Origin: a virus
Reading direction: 5' to 3' (one strand)
Virus record (IMG/VR): IMGVR_UViG_3300025770_000012
Span: 1 to 64,000 of that record
Length of the DNA: 64,000 nt
Position 1 is the stretch's first letter. Each line of letters begins with the position of its first letter. The notes under the pieces are model-generated. The model saw nothing but the letters and a program-made list of their open reading frames with translations. It made no database searches and was not told the DNA's origin. The translations under genes and the position numbers were made by a program. Positions 40,201 to 47,697 of this stretch are shown here, piece by piece.

Positions 40201-42156
40201 GTAATTAACAAACGTTCTATTTACTTTGTTAGATGTAGTTTTTATTTCAGCAGTTCTAGCTTCCATTAAATCTGCCATCTCTGTTTGCTTATTTCTAATC
40301 TCTGCATCATTTAAGTCTTGCAGCTCATCCCAAGCAAAGTTTTGTCTAAACTCTTCAACGGACATATTACGGATAGTTTCAATATCATCTAAAACCTCTT
40401 GCTCAAATCCAGCTTTAAGTCTACTGCTTATATAGTTAAAGATGTTATCATCTTTAGTATTCTTACCCATGTAAGGGCTATCAATGATCTGAGACAGGTC
40501 TGCCTGGTCTAAATTCACACCTCCTCGAACCATACGATCTCTGTATAGGTTAAGTGATGTAACAGCGTCGGAATTCTCTTTAAGATCTGTAACCAACTGG
40601 TCCAACATCTTCTTTTCAAACTGGCCGTCTTTAATGGTACCATACACTCCTCCTTGCCATTTAAACCCAGTCTTAGTCTTACCAGTTAGTTTATCTACTA
40701 CCGCATCTCCTTTAGAATCTGTTTTAACTCCCATACCAGGAAGCCCGATAGCTGCTAATAAAATTCCTATACCAATTTCTTTTTGTCCTTCTTTGGAGCC
40801 ATATGCCTCCCCCATAGCCCCACCAATGTTACTTACTAATTCAGTTGCCATTCCTAGAGCGGACGGATCTTTTTTACTATGGTACCAATTCTCTGCAGCC
40901 TCTTGTCCTGATAGGTCTAATAATTTTTGACCTCCCTCTTCTACAAATCCTTCATATAAAGGAGCCTTTAAAACTCTCCAAGCCTGCCTAGTAAATCCTC
41001 TTCCTTTACCAACTGATTTATATAAGGCCTTGTAATCTCTTGCCTTACCTTTTACACTGTTACCAATTTGCTTTTTAAAACTATTTTTAGTAGCATTAAA
41101 TCCTTTACCAAAGATTCTAGGGAACATCATATAGTTACCATACCCCACAAGAGCAACATTACCTGCAAATACAGCATTAGCACTCTTAGTGGCAATGTCT
41201 ACCAAATGGGCCATCTCTTCGTCTCCAGGCTGTCTGCCATACTCCTCTAGAAATGCACCTGTAAGGTTAGTCATAGTCTGATCGTAGTGGTGTCTAGCTT
41301 CTACACCAGATTCATACATAGCACCTGTACCTAACTGTCTTAATGTGGTACGAGCATTAGACCACCTTTTAGCATTCAGAATATCATCTGCAGCTTTACC
41401 TGCTCCCTTACTAGTTGCTCCGGCGCCTAAGTACGCTTTTCCTTTACTGAGCCCGGAAGCTTTCCCCGCTTTATGAAAAAGCTGTCCTGCCCGTGCTGCA
41501 AGTGAAGACGTAGCAGCACCTCTAGTTAAAGCCTCTGATAAAACAGCACCTACAACAAAAGATAAACCTTGAGAAAAGTCATTAGCCCAAAAATTAGCTG
41601 TCCCCATAGATTGGAAAAAGTTATAGTCCTGTTCTTCTTTAGTATAGTAATGTGGAAGGGCACCATCCATCCAATCATTGATGCCATCCATGCTTCTCTG
41701 AAAGTCATTATCAAAGAAAGATTTGGTTGCATTGTCTCCTTCAGGACCATCGAATAGACCTCCTAAGAAAGCACCTCCTCCATAGACTAATCCTACTGTG
41801 GATCCCAAGACATTGGTACCAACACGAGTAACTAGTTTAGGTAAAGCATATGCCCATTTTTCTCCTGTAGATTGTCCGTAAGCTCTTAAATCATCTGGAT
41901 CATCTGAAATGAATGAGAAAGGACGATCAATATATTTTGCATACTCAGCATAATTAACATTCTTAAGCTGTACTCCTGTTGAAGGAGTATACGAAGCTCC
42001 TTCCATATCAAAAGGAATAGGCTCCGCAACGGGAGCTTCTTCGGTACCTGTTGTATCTATAATACCATCAGACCCAACTTCATTTCCATCCCCAGGCTGA
42101 ATTAGATCCGAGTTTGATGTTAAATCTGGGCCTCCATGTTGCTTCTTGTATGTCAT
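28246..42156 (-). CDS. Giant virion protein containing crAss-like virion RNA polymerase and a zincin domain
   Basis: 4636 aa; GFRIPTEG and catalytic GADYDIDKL (DYDID at 31132-31146) as in phi14:2 gp66-type RNAPs; HETFH...EWLAEEF at about 35158-35328. Confidence 0.92.
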   Translation of the reverse strand: MTYKKQHGGPDLTSNSDLIQPGDGNEVGSDGIIDTTGTEEAPVAEPIPFDMEGASYTPSTGVQLKNVNYAEYAKYIDRPFSFISDDPDDLRAYGQSTGEKWAYALPKLVTRVGTNVLGSTVGLVYGGGAFLGGLFDGPEGDNATKSFFDNDFQRSMDGINDWMDGALPHYYTKEEQDYNFFQSMGTANFWANDFSQGLSFVVGAVLSEALTRGAATSSLAARAGQLFHKAGKASGLSKGKAYLGAGATSKGAGKAADDILNAKRWSNARTTLRQLGTGAMYESGVEARHHYDQTMTNLTGAFLEEYGRQPGDEEMAHLVDIATKSANAVFAGNVALVGYGNYMMFPRIFGKGFNATKNSFKKQIGNSVKGKARDYKALYKSVGKGRGFTRQAWRVLKAPLYEGFVEEGGQKLLDLSGQEAAENWYHSKKDPSALGMATELVSNIGGAMGEAYGSKEGQKEIGIGILLAAIGLPGMGVKTDSKGDAVVDKLTGKTKTGFKWQGGVYGTIKDGQFEKKMLDQLVTDLKENSDAVTSLNLYRDRMVRGGVNLDQADLSQIIDSPYMGKNTKDDNIFNYISSRLKAGFEQEVLDDIETIRNMSVEEFRQNFAWDELQDLNDAEIRNKQTEMADLMEARTAEIKTTSNKVNRTFVNYDEDVKDAIVHALATSKNLDAREDAMIQAIEEIIGSTLEGEMDVESRLERDKREDIGVRARVSRLWGRLTKKQKSKILALPEAKAYMKMVGIKEFTDPTHMEELVLNLITRRKELEEEITALEEDDSVTPKPAVFDKDGHNIGGTEAEQVKWAKLRTLGDEFDSIDKKTTELLEAINEGLDPDLSASEQALLDKWKNDDPGSHTENIKNVTTMMKDLRKVRARRHRKIDMVNELMDYHENEAAFGLGSQEHRGKKVPKPRMLRPEMLHDPATDNAEDIKDLRLKRLFVKYQGKVIEFDYTRINKDTKEGLLARAKEAGIEEKIIKDALALREKDSGLSEIDSLKTALTTAGVKIETGPKTGTYRFYVRPGKPTSDQDNFLITYPTQENVELILELRALEKLEGNREASKRIEEINELLKANGFTTEYQERNLSFLLQAENLREISAGAQVQEIIDIATIEARQELENQIAAEDQRLKNAVEAAEKLAEDLVKANSSRVSERRKKDLAEKVKNLAVELAAVEQAISSIEVNKAVLVEKLNNVNKLIEVVLGAESREDVAERIKEHLKTQWNTLAETLEKFVGDGFFKDVELLSEMFTTEEDVDKLNKLAQAVYHFASTMDELPLELVRLLDAGVADLKTKYEEALPVLESLRSMLHFKADGSYDARFKSATEEQNRATYEAMVNNVDAMLLGYNTAVEKLRTELQMELSPVFEEVQKQTTLQGKIVAANNILIDQFNTVTTIIDDILTPEASTIPDEREKGKYEDNNKEAEMDDEEFEKSIDNQKGTKPKVYYNSPAIIHTGMGKTAGSHAVASAKREELQLLATQRELKPFEKAQLQAYINQEVFFEWTAKTNRNDLANHHKLVVLTRQNIIDFDNQLANADNKVGADVLFYNHPGAKRAKGDPRYSAATNKEGKPTKFSTNELRDESQEDLVLLVVDSRGVPVRVNGRVIYTSMMGSEAYKPQADLQGKTHQVYRYGRADLKKVNGTVPGFKVDGKYFFTGEMSEESKAILEQHVDFRRKLLAQSEGNTYIPISGKSHGMQIYPGLNYDHKGFAGTTLVKREEDVKNIDLRISSNKETNKVSIAGRQYTVRAGFLYAVKDDNLVRFKMNTLPPQIASNVYHLLKLLATQVENSKTENADFTPTSALFPPNYDKSIIKQLTELIYFGKHSAGRENSAFSIFTKGDTLYFGDQSITFAQLASEETYPVMHEELRTFIANLHVQVNNLALKADEEVRSKGRTDIATESSSDVMKAIRKKIIAARKKHKTASESEIRNKLARLTNKEKALLKKQDANPNYKQYTEVVVGADLTVTTRVWDNYTHFLMGKKALNETSSRSIHEVPVTVNMEEDVSSASRDNLSYEVPQFMNVYLTYGSQVKTTPLSQMGDPTSAPKLRNVPVNADILDDETDEETPVAEEKVEGLAPSGVMEGQTYRYVQGSSGVEIILTINHVDHENGLTHFDLESITGPEGNSIALERVTDEMSAELMAAIYTSRENVDEDGVVEYTVYETTEQKLGDLGKKTEDEAKKDEKDLKKNDIEELPEEDEEEDDDTLGSSRVALISDDYQRMNFEEEYAKFLKMVPKDKHGNPIFDVEIVRRLVNGTDWGFFSKTEKILLSADAAAGTLYHETFHGITLKLLSPEERAELYNEVRGLKGKATTYKGAVKDLKDFTDLEADEWLAEEFREYVQADGNYTVGDNIEKSWIQKLFSFLFKFLNSAKQSQDLFHRIHTGYYNNAIEDYTVYSVEEALNGRAGAASRAKKSTTGVQRDLSSGMTVALFDVMSKTDTIKIEDLFGIKNDPKALGKKLGKLYGIPGSKGTVYSIVRSSIVQDKKALREKTNAMIQTWRAAGKPASMAKSILQLKTDYQKLEEVLTVLEAEWGSLIAKNIEYLQQFKLDANTRSLEEVLNQELEENGMSRDTLGIRAANTIDQRTLVSPGVKLLLGTLPQTISDMDGQSLFKKNRSGTYQLATFSQVINTLYKNLANVHNVEDMVDVLQGLAQENKTYAFLLDRLGIRQGIESVEHLNANQMYMLMGFLNTFNVASEEYVTLMANQTSYETNPGRYFTNSNTDRAENILKRSWNSIFKDNVRRGLGKTIEGGRRVLDIDKKGSIGIPSGSGLMQHKSFKQWTQTNLTFPQLLALLDVIGINYSNKSRIIEMQENGRLEGFEAVAGWVFKEIIESEGDVSSLFGREVEGNLKTLLGYEIDTTDLAITLQHVNPMNKVVFGITRKSYINILADKLNSTEEEAEALLKESPWMRGSLYLSEPVMNIRTIEGGKDIHRGVGHDISRTTKANIALEHVASILEGFVPLIRTGNKKMEKALQIGHNKHRSLPEMRKYLQDLLLGEILMANSIANNKEIQQIPELKKNGQKLQFFGDPVAFPRIQKLALFHIGNGKLSETDPKLLDAVYGKDAQIEILAFLAKKEKEALDLLTKYGFISKGAKGGYNNIGIDNTHIDEAYESLPERERSAAFTDNGRVSSAVINRVATKLANNQLIGIVEQHRLFLGSPALYKDVFKRTSGMVGVKKYPTYTQGILEWMNNNMPNMGTKKDHTPTVRFVTRKEHVIGKSPYLDKYINRLVELGREDLVDSVSKAYSNMEIFDGGGLVTFDFYRSTLFLTDNWSDKQEQAYRKIIAGEQVHPSELALFPPLKPQVFAPSVVGGMRVNIFNKFALYPVHPNLSKTVSQQGQDTAMDDLYYDMVNNNLDYMVFESGTKVGAKTNAKGQFEPAFNTETGEYIPLSADSSYQQEFDLEYFGVQLDPTLKNKTNVRVGTQSASMALMNVFVDGVLNTENYGPEFKALDEQFHAIHSAMIEKDKASLAAKLGFIRTQEGYEAIPGKSKPSMKNALLEELSKRENPEHMKDTVEELFAGDLSYTNSLANKQKLDDLLYSIVTNAVIARKINGTMAVLQPDVGFTLKARKQDTVDLPGYRTLRFYDFEKDGKTVTAMEVYLPHYMRKHFGEGEVRIEDLTDAARELVGFRIPTEGLNSVEFIKVADFLPESMGATVVVPHEMVAKSGADYDIDKLTIYLPNVSRTVLEDGTSKVGLVSRIDNPLELLDRDVNAFRAAAAELFGTDSNSLRDFLLDITAYRDEIDPSEKVVMGIELSTTMVQMGWDNLSDVMQQPSDVVQNMLLENMKNILKHPASFPQLIAPVGAFELKDIAHEIHNAQVAAGIKGVEAEATALFDIFSMDNLITTTYQMHQTLGGTGIIATNMSDLGKSQRAGFGFNQAGEEVDRFGDPMDTTVYNLNFEGLQNETISLSRVKDVNGNYINRSMQQYITAYVDGEKDPFAMYVNAGQSGAAVHVMLIRAGVPLETVLKFMSQPVIQEYYRLKNMQSIASTTSDYAESYSETDVQDQIRKLVGESEGTAALNEMALDRHEESRSGKMVRASDSLLVTNLKDMGKGQKGLQAQIFSDFLRYKEYADLLRKAQKLSSFDTDKIGSGYDLIHLAALGNIVNRKNAFYGLSNKTSRIFGLGQLGSEEGIDKSAPFVSKLQDMYTTAPDYFTQTDLKEAMSTDINGKSINPLKSAMVEMAEDLISEGKSKDEIIYVLRAFDNFVTSWVWQAHQRTDLTKLNESLSEYFQGDNSLPARVLKAKDTFPDNALIQDLISSLQEFTDPTDFDHTIDMMQLFSRKYAPSEIDDLADAWYELSNSGPTGKRLADDIVLFSMMKSGTGFHPTSFFHALPGVEVLDATAPMLKAVHDAISVGGITTSVIQDIKIDFLDNSWDNPRITRHKYSNKSMYKSDEVIYTKEFNDDRVTIKSLRQRGAAKGIASNSNEKYFTVHLEYVGTSEDGYYVYKRRAKKGIMGHLIEVNTDKSIIESNNHPFGRQRLHLTTKIIKQLHESKRDMLHFAYDVNDPKRVKAGTKILPNGTVIHLEHISTSSLRELLNKDEYRIFGVKDEKALKASIAKRSGYKNWADFSKDKYNTSFINGRVKRSFFAVETLETQKLIPSQPKELAPETVSSTLDLQSLRKANNENECE

Positions 42157-42169
42157 ATTCTATATATTA

Positions 42170-44434
42170 TTACCCTCTAACTTCTTTCTCTTTAAACAGA
42201 GTAAATCCTGCCATGTAACGCTGCTTTGCTTCAAGCTGATCTCCCGCAGAAAGCTTATCAAAGGGAGTATTGGTAGGTAAGCCCTTCTCCTGCATAAGTA
42301 ACGCAGCTTCATTATTTAGTCCGTTTGGATAGGCACGTTCATAAGAACCAAAGATATAACTATTTGCCCAATTATAGGCATTCTGTTCAGTAGAACCGGT
42401 ATGAGCTTGATGTAATCTAGTTAACTGATCTACAAACTGAGCTCCTGTGGCTTCTTTATTTTTACCCTCCCCAGTCTGAGATTCCTCAACATAATTGATC
42501 CACTGCCTGCCCTGGTCTAGTATGATAAGATCTGCTTTATTCAGCCCCATAGTAATTTGCTCTAACAGATTTTGATACTGCGGTGAGTTAGCCTTTGGCT
42601 TAGCTAAGTACGTATCGCCATTTATACTCCATTTAAACATTAATTCGGTATCATCTACCTCACTTGGAGCAACAATTCCTCTGAATTCTATGTCCGCATC
42701 TCCGGGCCCCTTTCCTTCACCGTCTGGATCAAAAATACCCTCCCATCTTGAACTAAGTTCTGGAACTCCAAATATATCCCAATCTTCGGGATCCCAATTT
42801 TTCTCGATGCTCCCAATAGCTTGATTCATTTCTTTATTATAAATATCTGGGACCCATGTTTCTGCTTCGAAAATATCTCCATCATAATTGTTCATCTTAT
42901 CGGTTAACTCGTCTCCTCCTCCTTGCTGCTTATATAATAGAAATGCTTGTGCATTCTTTTTAAGTTGTTCCCACGTTGCTTCCCCCTCTTGGTAGTCAGT
43001 ACCTAAAAGTTCATTAATGTGCTCGACATCATTAAGGTTTGCCGCCAACTCTTCGGCCTCAGAATCAAGCATACCAAAAAGCATTCCATCCCCCTGCTGA
43101 GGATTCCACGTATCTCTTACATTTCCGGACTCACTTGTAAGCATCTTACCTCCTTGATAAGCAGAATCACCCACTGCACCAATTGCACCTCCCGCCAGGG
43201 CACCGTAGCCTACCATTGTTGCACCCGCCGCCAGTGTAGGTAGACCGATCGGGGCACCAAGACCTGTAGCGGTTAACGCAGCCCCAACCACTGATAACAC
43301 TAGACCTGCAGCTGCTCCTAAAACTGTTCCTACTCCAATAGCTGATCCTAACTCTTCCGCGTCAAAATCATCATCTGCTGCGTAAGTTGGATTCCAAGTT
43401 TGAGTTGTAGCATATTCCATATAAGAACCAAACTCATTATGTCCTCTAAATAAGTTTTGATTCTTTTTCCACAGTTCGTACTCCTCAGGAGTAAGAGACT
43501 CTCTTGCAACACTGTTATCTATGCTGCGCATTTCTTTAGCAGCTTTCCATTTATCACCGGCAGGTAAATCTCTAAATACATCTCCATGCAAAGATAATAT
43601 TTTATTACCATAATCTTTGCCAGTAAGTCCCGCTTGCTGCATTGCAGTATATCCTTTATTAAGTGCACCCGAGCCAGACATTGCGTGCGCACCATTTGTA
43701 ATGGCGGCTTGTTTAGTCATATGTATTTGCTGATCTGTAAGAGATTGCATTCGTTGATTAATATCCGTTAAAGCTTCGTCATGAGTAAAGCCCTCTATCT
43801 GTGTTAATCGTCTGTAATCTTGATCTCCAACAGTACCTTGAAGATACATTTGGGTTAAGCCTGCTGCTATAGCATCTGCTTTTCTTCTAGAAATACCTGT
43901 GTAATCAGCCTTTATGTTTCCGACCATGGACGCCATATTGGCAGCATAATCTTGCTCGGACTCGTTAAGGGGTTGGTATACATTCTCCACATATTCCCCC
44001 TCCTCATTCTTATAATAAGATACATGAGTATCTGCAGATCCTCTTCCAAAATCTAAGAAATTAGCACCCGTTTTTATGGTAGCCTCGTTCATATAATCAA
44101 GCTCCTGCTTACGAGCTGCGAAAGATAACTTAGCAGACCTTAAACCTCTGTCCGATTCTAGATCTGTCATTACTTCAGATACAAGTAATCCGGAATCTTC
44201 CCAATTGCCCTGATCTACATAGTTTGACATCTTGTCTCTCACCTGGCCTTTAGCAGATTCTACTAAATGTTTATCACCTTTAAGGGTATCCATGGCCCCT
44301 AAGGTTACATCGATAGTATCCTTAGCAGCCTTATTTGTATCCCATCTCTCACGAAGAATAGCTGCAGACTCTGCCTTAAATGGATTTACGTATTGGCTAA
44401 CGTATGGTTTTAATTCGTATTGTTCAACTGGCAT
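42170..44434 (-). CDS. Virion cargo/ejection protein with long glycine-zipper hydrophobic hairpin
   Basis: About 60-aa GxxxG-rich hydrophobic stretch (about 43170-43350); position next to the RNAP gene. Confidence 0.75.
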   Translation of the reverse strand: MPVEQYELKPYVSQYVNPFKAESAAILRERWDTNKAAKDTIDVTLGAMDTLKGDKHLVESAKGQVRDKMSNYVDQGNWEDSGLLVSEVMTDLESDRGLRSAKLSFAARKQELDYMNEATIKTGANFLDFGRGSADTHVSYYKNEEGEYVENVYQPLNESEQDYAANMASMVGNIKADYTGISRRKADAIAAGLTQMYLQGTVGDQDYRRLTQIEGFTHDEALTDINQRMQSLTDQQIHMTKQAAITNGAHAMSGSGALNKGYTAMQQAGLTGKDYGNKILSLHGDVFRDLPAGDKWKAAKEMRSIDNSVARESLTPEEYELWKKNQNLFRGHNEFGSYMEYATTQTWNPTYAADDDFDAEELGSAIGVGTVLGAAAGLVLSVVGAALTATGLGAPIGLPTLAAGATMVGYGALAGGAIGAVGDSAYQGGKMLTSESGNVRDTWNPQQGDGMLFGMLDSEAEELAANLNDVEHINELLGTDYQEGEATWEQLKKNAQAFLLYKQQGGGDELTDKMNNYDGDIFEAETWVPDIYNKEMNQAIGSIEKNWDPEDWDIFGVPELSSRWEGIFDPDGEGKGPGDADIEFRGIVAPSEVDDTELMFKWSINGDTYLAKPKANSPQYQNLLEQITMGLNKADLIILDQGRQWINYVEESQTGEGKNKEATGAQFVDQLTRLHQAHTGSTEQNAYNWANSYIFGSYERAYPNGLNNEAALLMQEKGLPTNTPFDKLSAGDQLEAKQRYMAGFTLFKEKEVRG

Positions 44435-44445
44435 GATTATTAATT

Positions 44446-47400
44446 TTAAAAGTATCTACGCTTATAGCCATTACTGCTAAAGCCTCCCTTCTGCGCTTTG
44501 TCTGGCTTATCATTACGGTTATTAAAAGTAGTCATCATCTCTATTCCTTTGGGTGAATTAGGATCTATATTGTTTTTAAGTAGGAGTTCTTGGTAATTAG
44601 CGCGTTCGTCTACGCCAGTGGTACCTGCGATAGCAGCTGTATATCTATCTTGAGCATCGTACGACAGTCTATCTCTGTTCATATTAGCCAAGTTAGAAGT
44701 AGCAGTATCTAAAGCCATTAGCTTTCTGTTCTTCACTCTAACATCCTGGTCTCTATTATACGTTTCTGTAGCAGATCTTTCAGCAGCATTAACCACATTG
44801 ACATCTTTTTGATTGCCCACATTTACTTGAGAAGCGGTTAATGCATTTTGAGCATTGGTAGCTTTACGCTGAGCATCCATAACAGTTTCTTGGTTCCTTA
44901 TAGCATCGTTAGCTTGTAACTCCTGAGATCGTACCTGACCCAAAGCTTGTTGCTTTTTAGAGTAAGCTGCCATTTTATTTATAACATTAGACGATCCTCC
45001 ACCTGATGAATCTATAAACTGATTCATTGCGTGGGCATCTGCTCCAACAATTGCTTTGTCAGAATTTAAATCAACTCTCTCTAAATTAGACTTGGCTAAA
45101 CGCTCAGCAAAGATTGGAGGTATATTGGCCATAAGGTTATTTTTCTTATAGTCAGGCCCTTGTTTAGAAGCTAATGCTGCAGGAAGTAATTGAGCCATAG
45201 CAGCAAGTTGAGATAATTTATCATCTCCTTCCTCTAAGATTTCATCGGTGCCGCTGCTATCCTCCGTATCAACTGTCTCCATATTTCCCTCATCGTCTTC
45301 TTTAACTACTTCTTCCTCACCCTCTTCCTCGTCAGTGTTACCAGTAGCTGTTCTCCAAGTCTGTTCTCCTAGTTTACCATCTACTTTAATCGTATTATCA
45401 GGATGTAGTTCATTCCAAGAGCTTTGATAAGCTGTTACTTTATCAGCATCTTTCATATCTTCAAGACTTGTTATACCAGCAGCTTCTAAAACAGCAGGGT
45501 CTGCATTTTCTATCCAATTGTCTCTAAACTCGGAATCTTGCAGACTCTCTCTAAAAGCCGAATCATCACTACCTGCGTAAAACGTTTGTCCATCTACTAC
45601 ATAACTATCTTGTCTATCAGCTATATCTCCATACACCTCTGTGTCGTAATATGTATCAGAGGCTACTTTAAAGGTATTTCCTCTACCTGAGGGAGACCTA
45701 GAACCAGAAGTACTAGTAGTAGTAGGCTTTGATGTAGCAGGTGCTGATTCTGACTTAAGTTCAGCTTTCTCTGCAGCTCTGCCCTTTTCAGCCTCTGGTG
45801 AAGCCTCCTGTGTGCCGGCTACATCTGAGTAGTCTGCAGGAAGGTTATTAGATTTTCTATGGGCCATATATTCCTCTTCACTCTTAAATCTACGTCTCTT
45901 ACCATCGCCCCCTAGATAATAAACTGCGTCAGAGTTAGGATCTTTATAATAAGTACCAGACGGCTCTTTCTTAGACTTAGACATAAATGGTGTAGTATTC
46001 CCACCTCCACCTCCACCTCCTACACCGCCCCATTGGTATCTTAGCCCACCATTTTTAGCTAGATTCACAGGTTTATTAGCCAACGGCTTTCTACCATAAT
46101 GTTGCTCTTGTAGCTGGGCTAACATGTGCTTTTGGTTTTCTTTTTCCCCAGGAGATGAATTACTGTTAAGTATAGATTGGTGGTTCTCAGCAAAGGTACT
46201 TCCATTTTTAGCTTTACCGTCTGATGAGAAGAAATAATCTCTACCAGCAATCCTATCTTTAGTTTCTTGATCTTCAACTTCGGTTCCAACATCATTAGAA
46301 CCTCCTCTCTCTAATCTAGTATCTTTATCCACATCTAGTAAAATTCCACTTTGAGAGCCCTGTCCAGATTCATCGTGTTCATTACCTAGATAAATTTCTG
46401 CATGCTCTCCACCAGGCAATGACTTAGCTACTCCACCAGGTAATCGTTTTCCTCCAGTTTCGTACTGCTGCATTCGCGCCATATAGTTTCCTTCATCTCC
46501 AACAGGTTGAGCTTGCGGTACTCCCATATATCCTCCTTTCTGCATTTGAGGACTAGGCTTAGCTTTTTCACAATCTACACAAGGTTCCATTCCGTATCCA
46601 GTATTTACAAAAGGAGGAAGAGCTCGTTGTCCTCCATCTTTGGCTGTAGTATTTGTACCAAGATCATACCCAGAAGTAGTCTTAGATTGGAGCTCTGCTA
46701 TTTTAGCTTCTGTAGAATTGGCGTACATATCTCTGACTAACTGACTATTATCTCCTTCAATTTGACTGTCTTCACGTCTCTTATTAGAATCCCACTGTAG
46801 TCTAGCTTTATTTCTGTCATGAAGAGTCTCCGCTACCCCCAGTCCACCACCGACAACACCACCAACAACACTCCCTACAGGACCAAATACGGAACCGTAC
46901 CCCGCAAATTCCCCTGCCCTAGACATCATGTTACCTCCAATCTCAGCAGCATTTACAGTTCTATCATTATCATCCGCCCCTAGCACTTTAATACCAGTAC
47001 CTGCCACATTAGCTATTGTAGCATACGGCGTCGAATATGATCCAGCACTAGAGACGGCTGATGTCGCTGCTTCTGTTCCCACCTTTTTTGCTGCCTCTGC
47101 CCCTGCAGTTTTTGCCCCTTCGGTTGCTACCTGCTTCGCACCATAATTAGCCATAACATCCAATGCTGACCCCATCCCCTCCTTCGCAAAAGTAGACGAT
47201 GTCTTTGAAAGTAAGGCATCTCTTGTTACATCTCCTGTAAGACGCTTTGCAATCTCTCCAGAGCCCCTCCTTAAACCGTCCGTAGCAGCTTGCTTAGCCA
47301 GTTGTTTAGCTTGGTGATTAGCTAGTACGCCAGACACCCCATTTTTGAATTTCTCCGATTGAGAGTACTCTAAGGATTTACCTGCAGTAGTAAACGCAGA

Positions 47401-47697
47401 GTTTCTCCCCTGCCGATCTTCCTCGAGTCCCTCTGAAATGAGATTTTTATTTTCCTCCCTAGTCCTTACCGCTTCTTCTGCCAACGCCGCAGAGTCTGTC
47501 ACAGCCTTTTTCTTACCTAAAGCTAAAGCCTCCTGCTTAGCTTTGAGTGTATTAGGATCGTTTTCCGCATATACTATATTAGCAGTAGTGTTTCCAGATC
47601 CTTGCCCTGCCGCCTGGATAGTATTATCAGAATACATCTTGCTGCCTGCGAATTGGTATCTGCGTGTTTGTCTTTTATTAAGTGCTCTTTTGGCCAT
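44446..47697 (-). CDS. Virion cargo protein with glycine zipper, PG-binding-like motif and repeated GG motifs
   Basis: FGPVGSVVGGVVGGGLG; VTAYQ...KVDGKLGEQT; low-complexity linkers. Confidence 0.75.
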   Translation of the reverse strand: MAKRALNKRQTRRYQFAGSKMYSDNTIQAAGQGSGNTTANIVYAENDPNTLKAKQEALALGKKKAVTDSAALAEEAVRTREENKNLISEGLEEDRQGRNSAFTTAGKSLEYSQSEKFKNGVSGVLANHQAKQLAKQAATDGLRRGSGEIAKRLTGDVTRDALLSKTSSTFAKEGMGSALDVMANYGAKQVATEGAKTAGAEAAKKVGTEAATSAVSSAGSYSTPYATIANVAGTGIKVLGADDNDRTVNAAEIGGNMMSRAGEFAGYGSVFGPVGSVVGGVVGGGLGVAETLHDRNKARLQWDSNKRREDSQIEGDNSQLVRDMYANSTEAKIAELQSKTTSGYDLGTNTTAKDGGQRALPPFVNTGYGMEPCVDCEKAKPSPQMQKGGYMGVPQAQPVGDEGNYMARMQQYETGGKRLPGGVAKSLPGGEHAEIYLGNEHDESGQGSQSGILLDVDKDTRLERGGSNDVGTEVEDQETKDRIAGRDYFFSSDGKAKNGSTFAENHQSILNSNSSPGEKENQKHMLAQLQEQHYGRKPLANKPVNLAKNGGLRYQWGGVGGGGGGGNTTPFMSKSKKEPSGTYYKDPNSDAVYYLGGDGKRRRFKSEEEYMAHRKSNNLPADYSDVAGTQEASPEAEKGRAAEKAELKSESAPATSKPTTTSTSGSRSPSGRGNTFKVASDTYYDTEVYGDIADRQDSYVVDGQTFYAGSDDSAFRESLQDSEFRDNWIENADPAVLEAAGITSLEDMKDADKVTAYQSSWNELHPDNTIKVDGKLGEQTWRTATGNTDEEEGEEEVVKEDDEGNMETVDTEDSSGTDEILEEGDDKLSQLAAMAQLLPAALASKQGPDYKKNNLMANIPPIFAERLAKSNLERVDLNSDKAIVGADAHAMNQFIDSSGGGSSNVINKMAAYSKKQQALGQVRSQELQANDAIRNQETVMDAQRKATNAQNALTASQVNVGNQKDVNVVNAAERSATETYNRDQDVRVKNRKLMALDTATSNLANMNRDRLSYDAQDRYTAAIAGTTGVDERANYQELLLKNNIDPNSPKGIEMMTTFNNRNDKPDKAQKGGFSSNGYKRRYF

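Noticed and set aside
5816-42156. Inteins or introns in PolA, helicases, primase or RNAP
   Set aside because: Motif spacing looks normal, ORFs are uninterrupted, and I saw no LAGLIDADG or intein splice-junction motifs.
46001-46032. ccacct short tandem repeat
   Set aside because: Simply encodes a poly-Gly linker in the 1083-aa protein.
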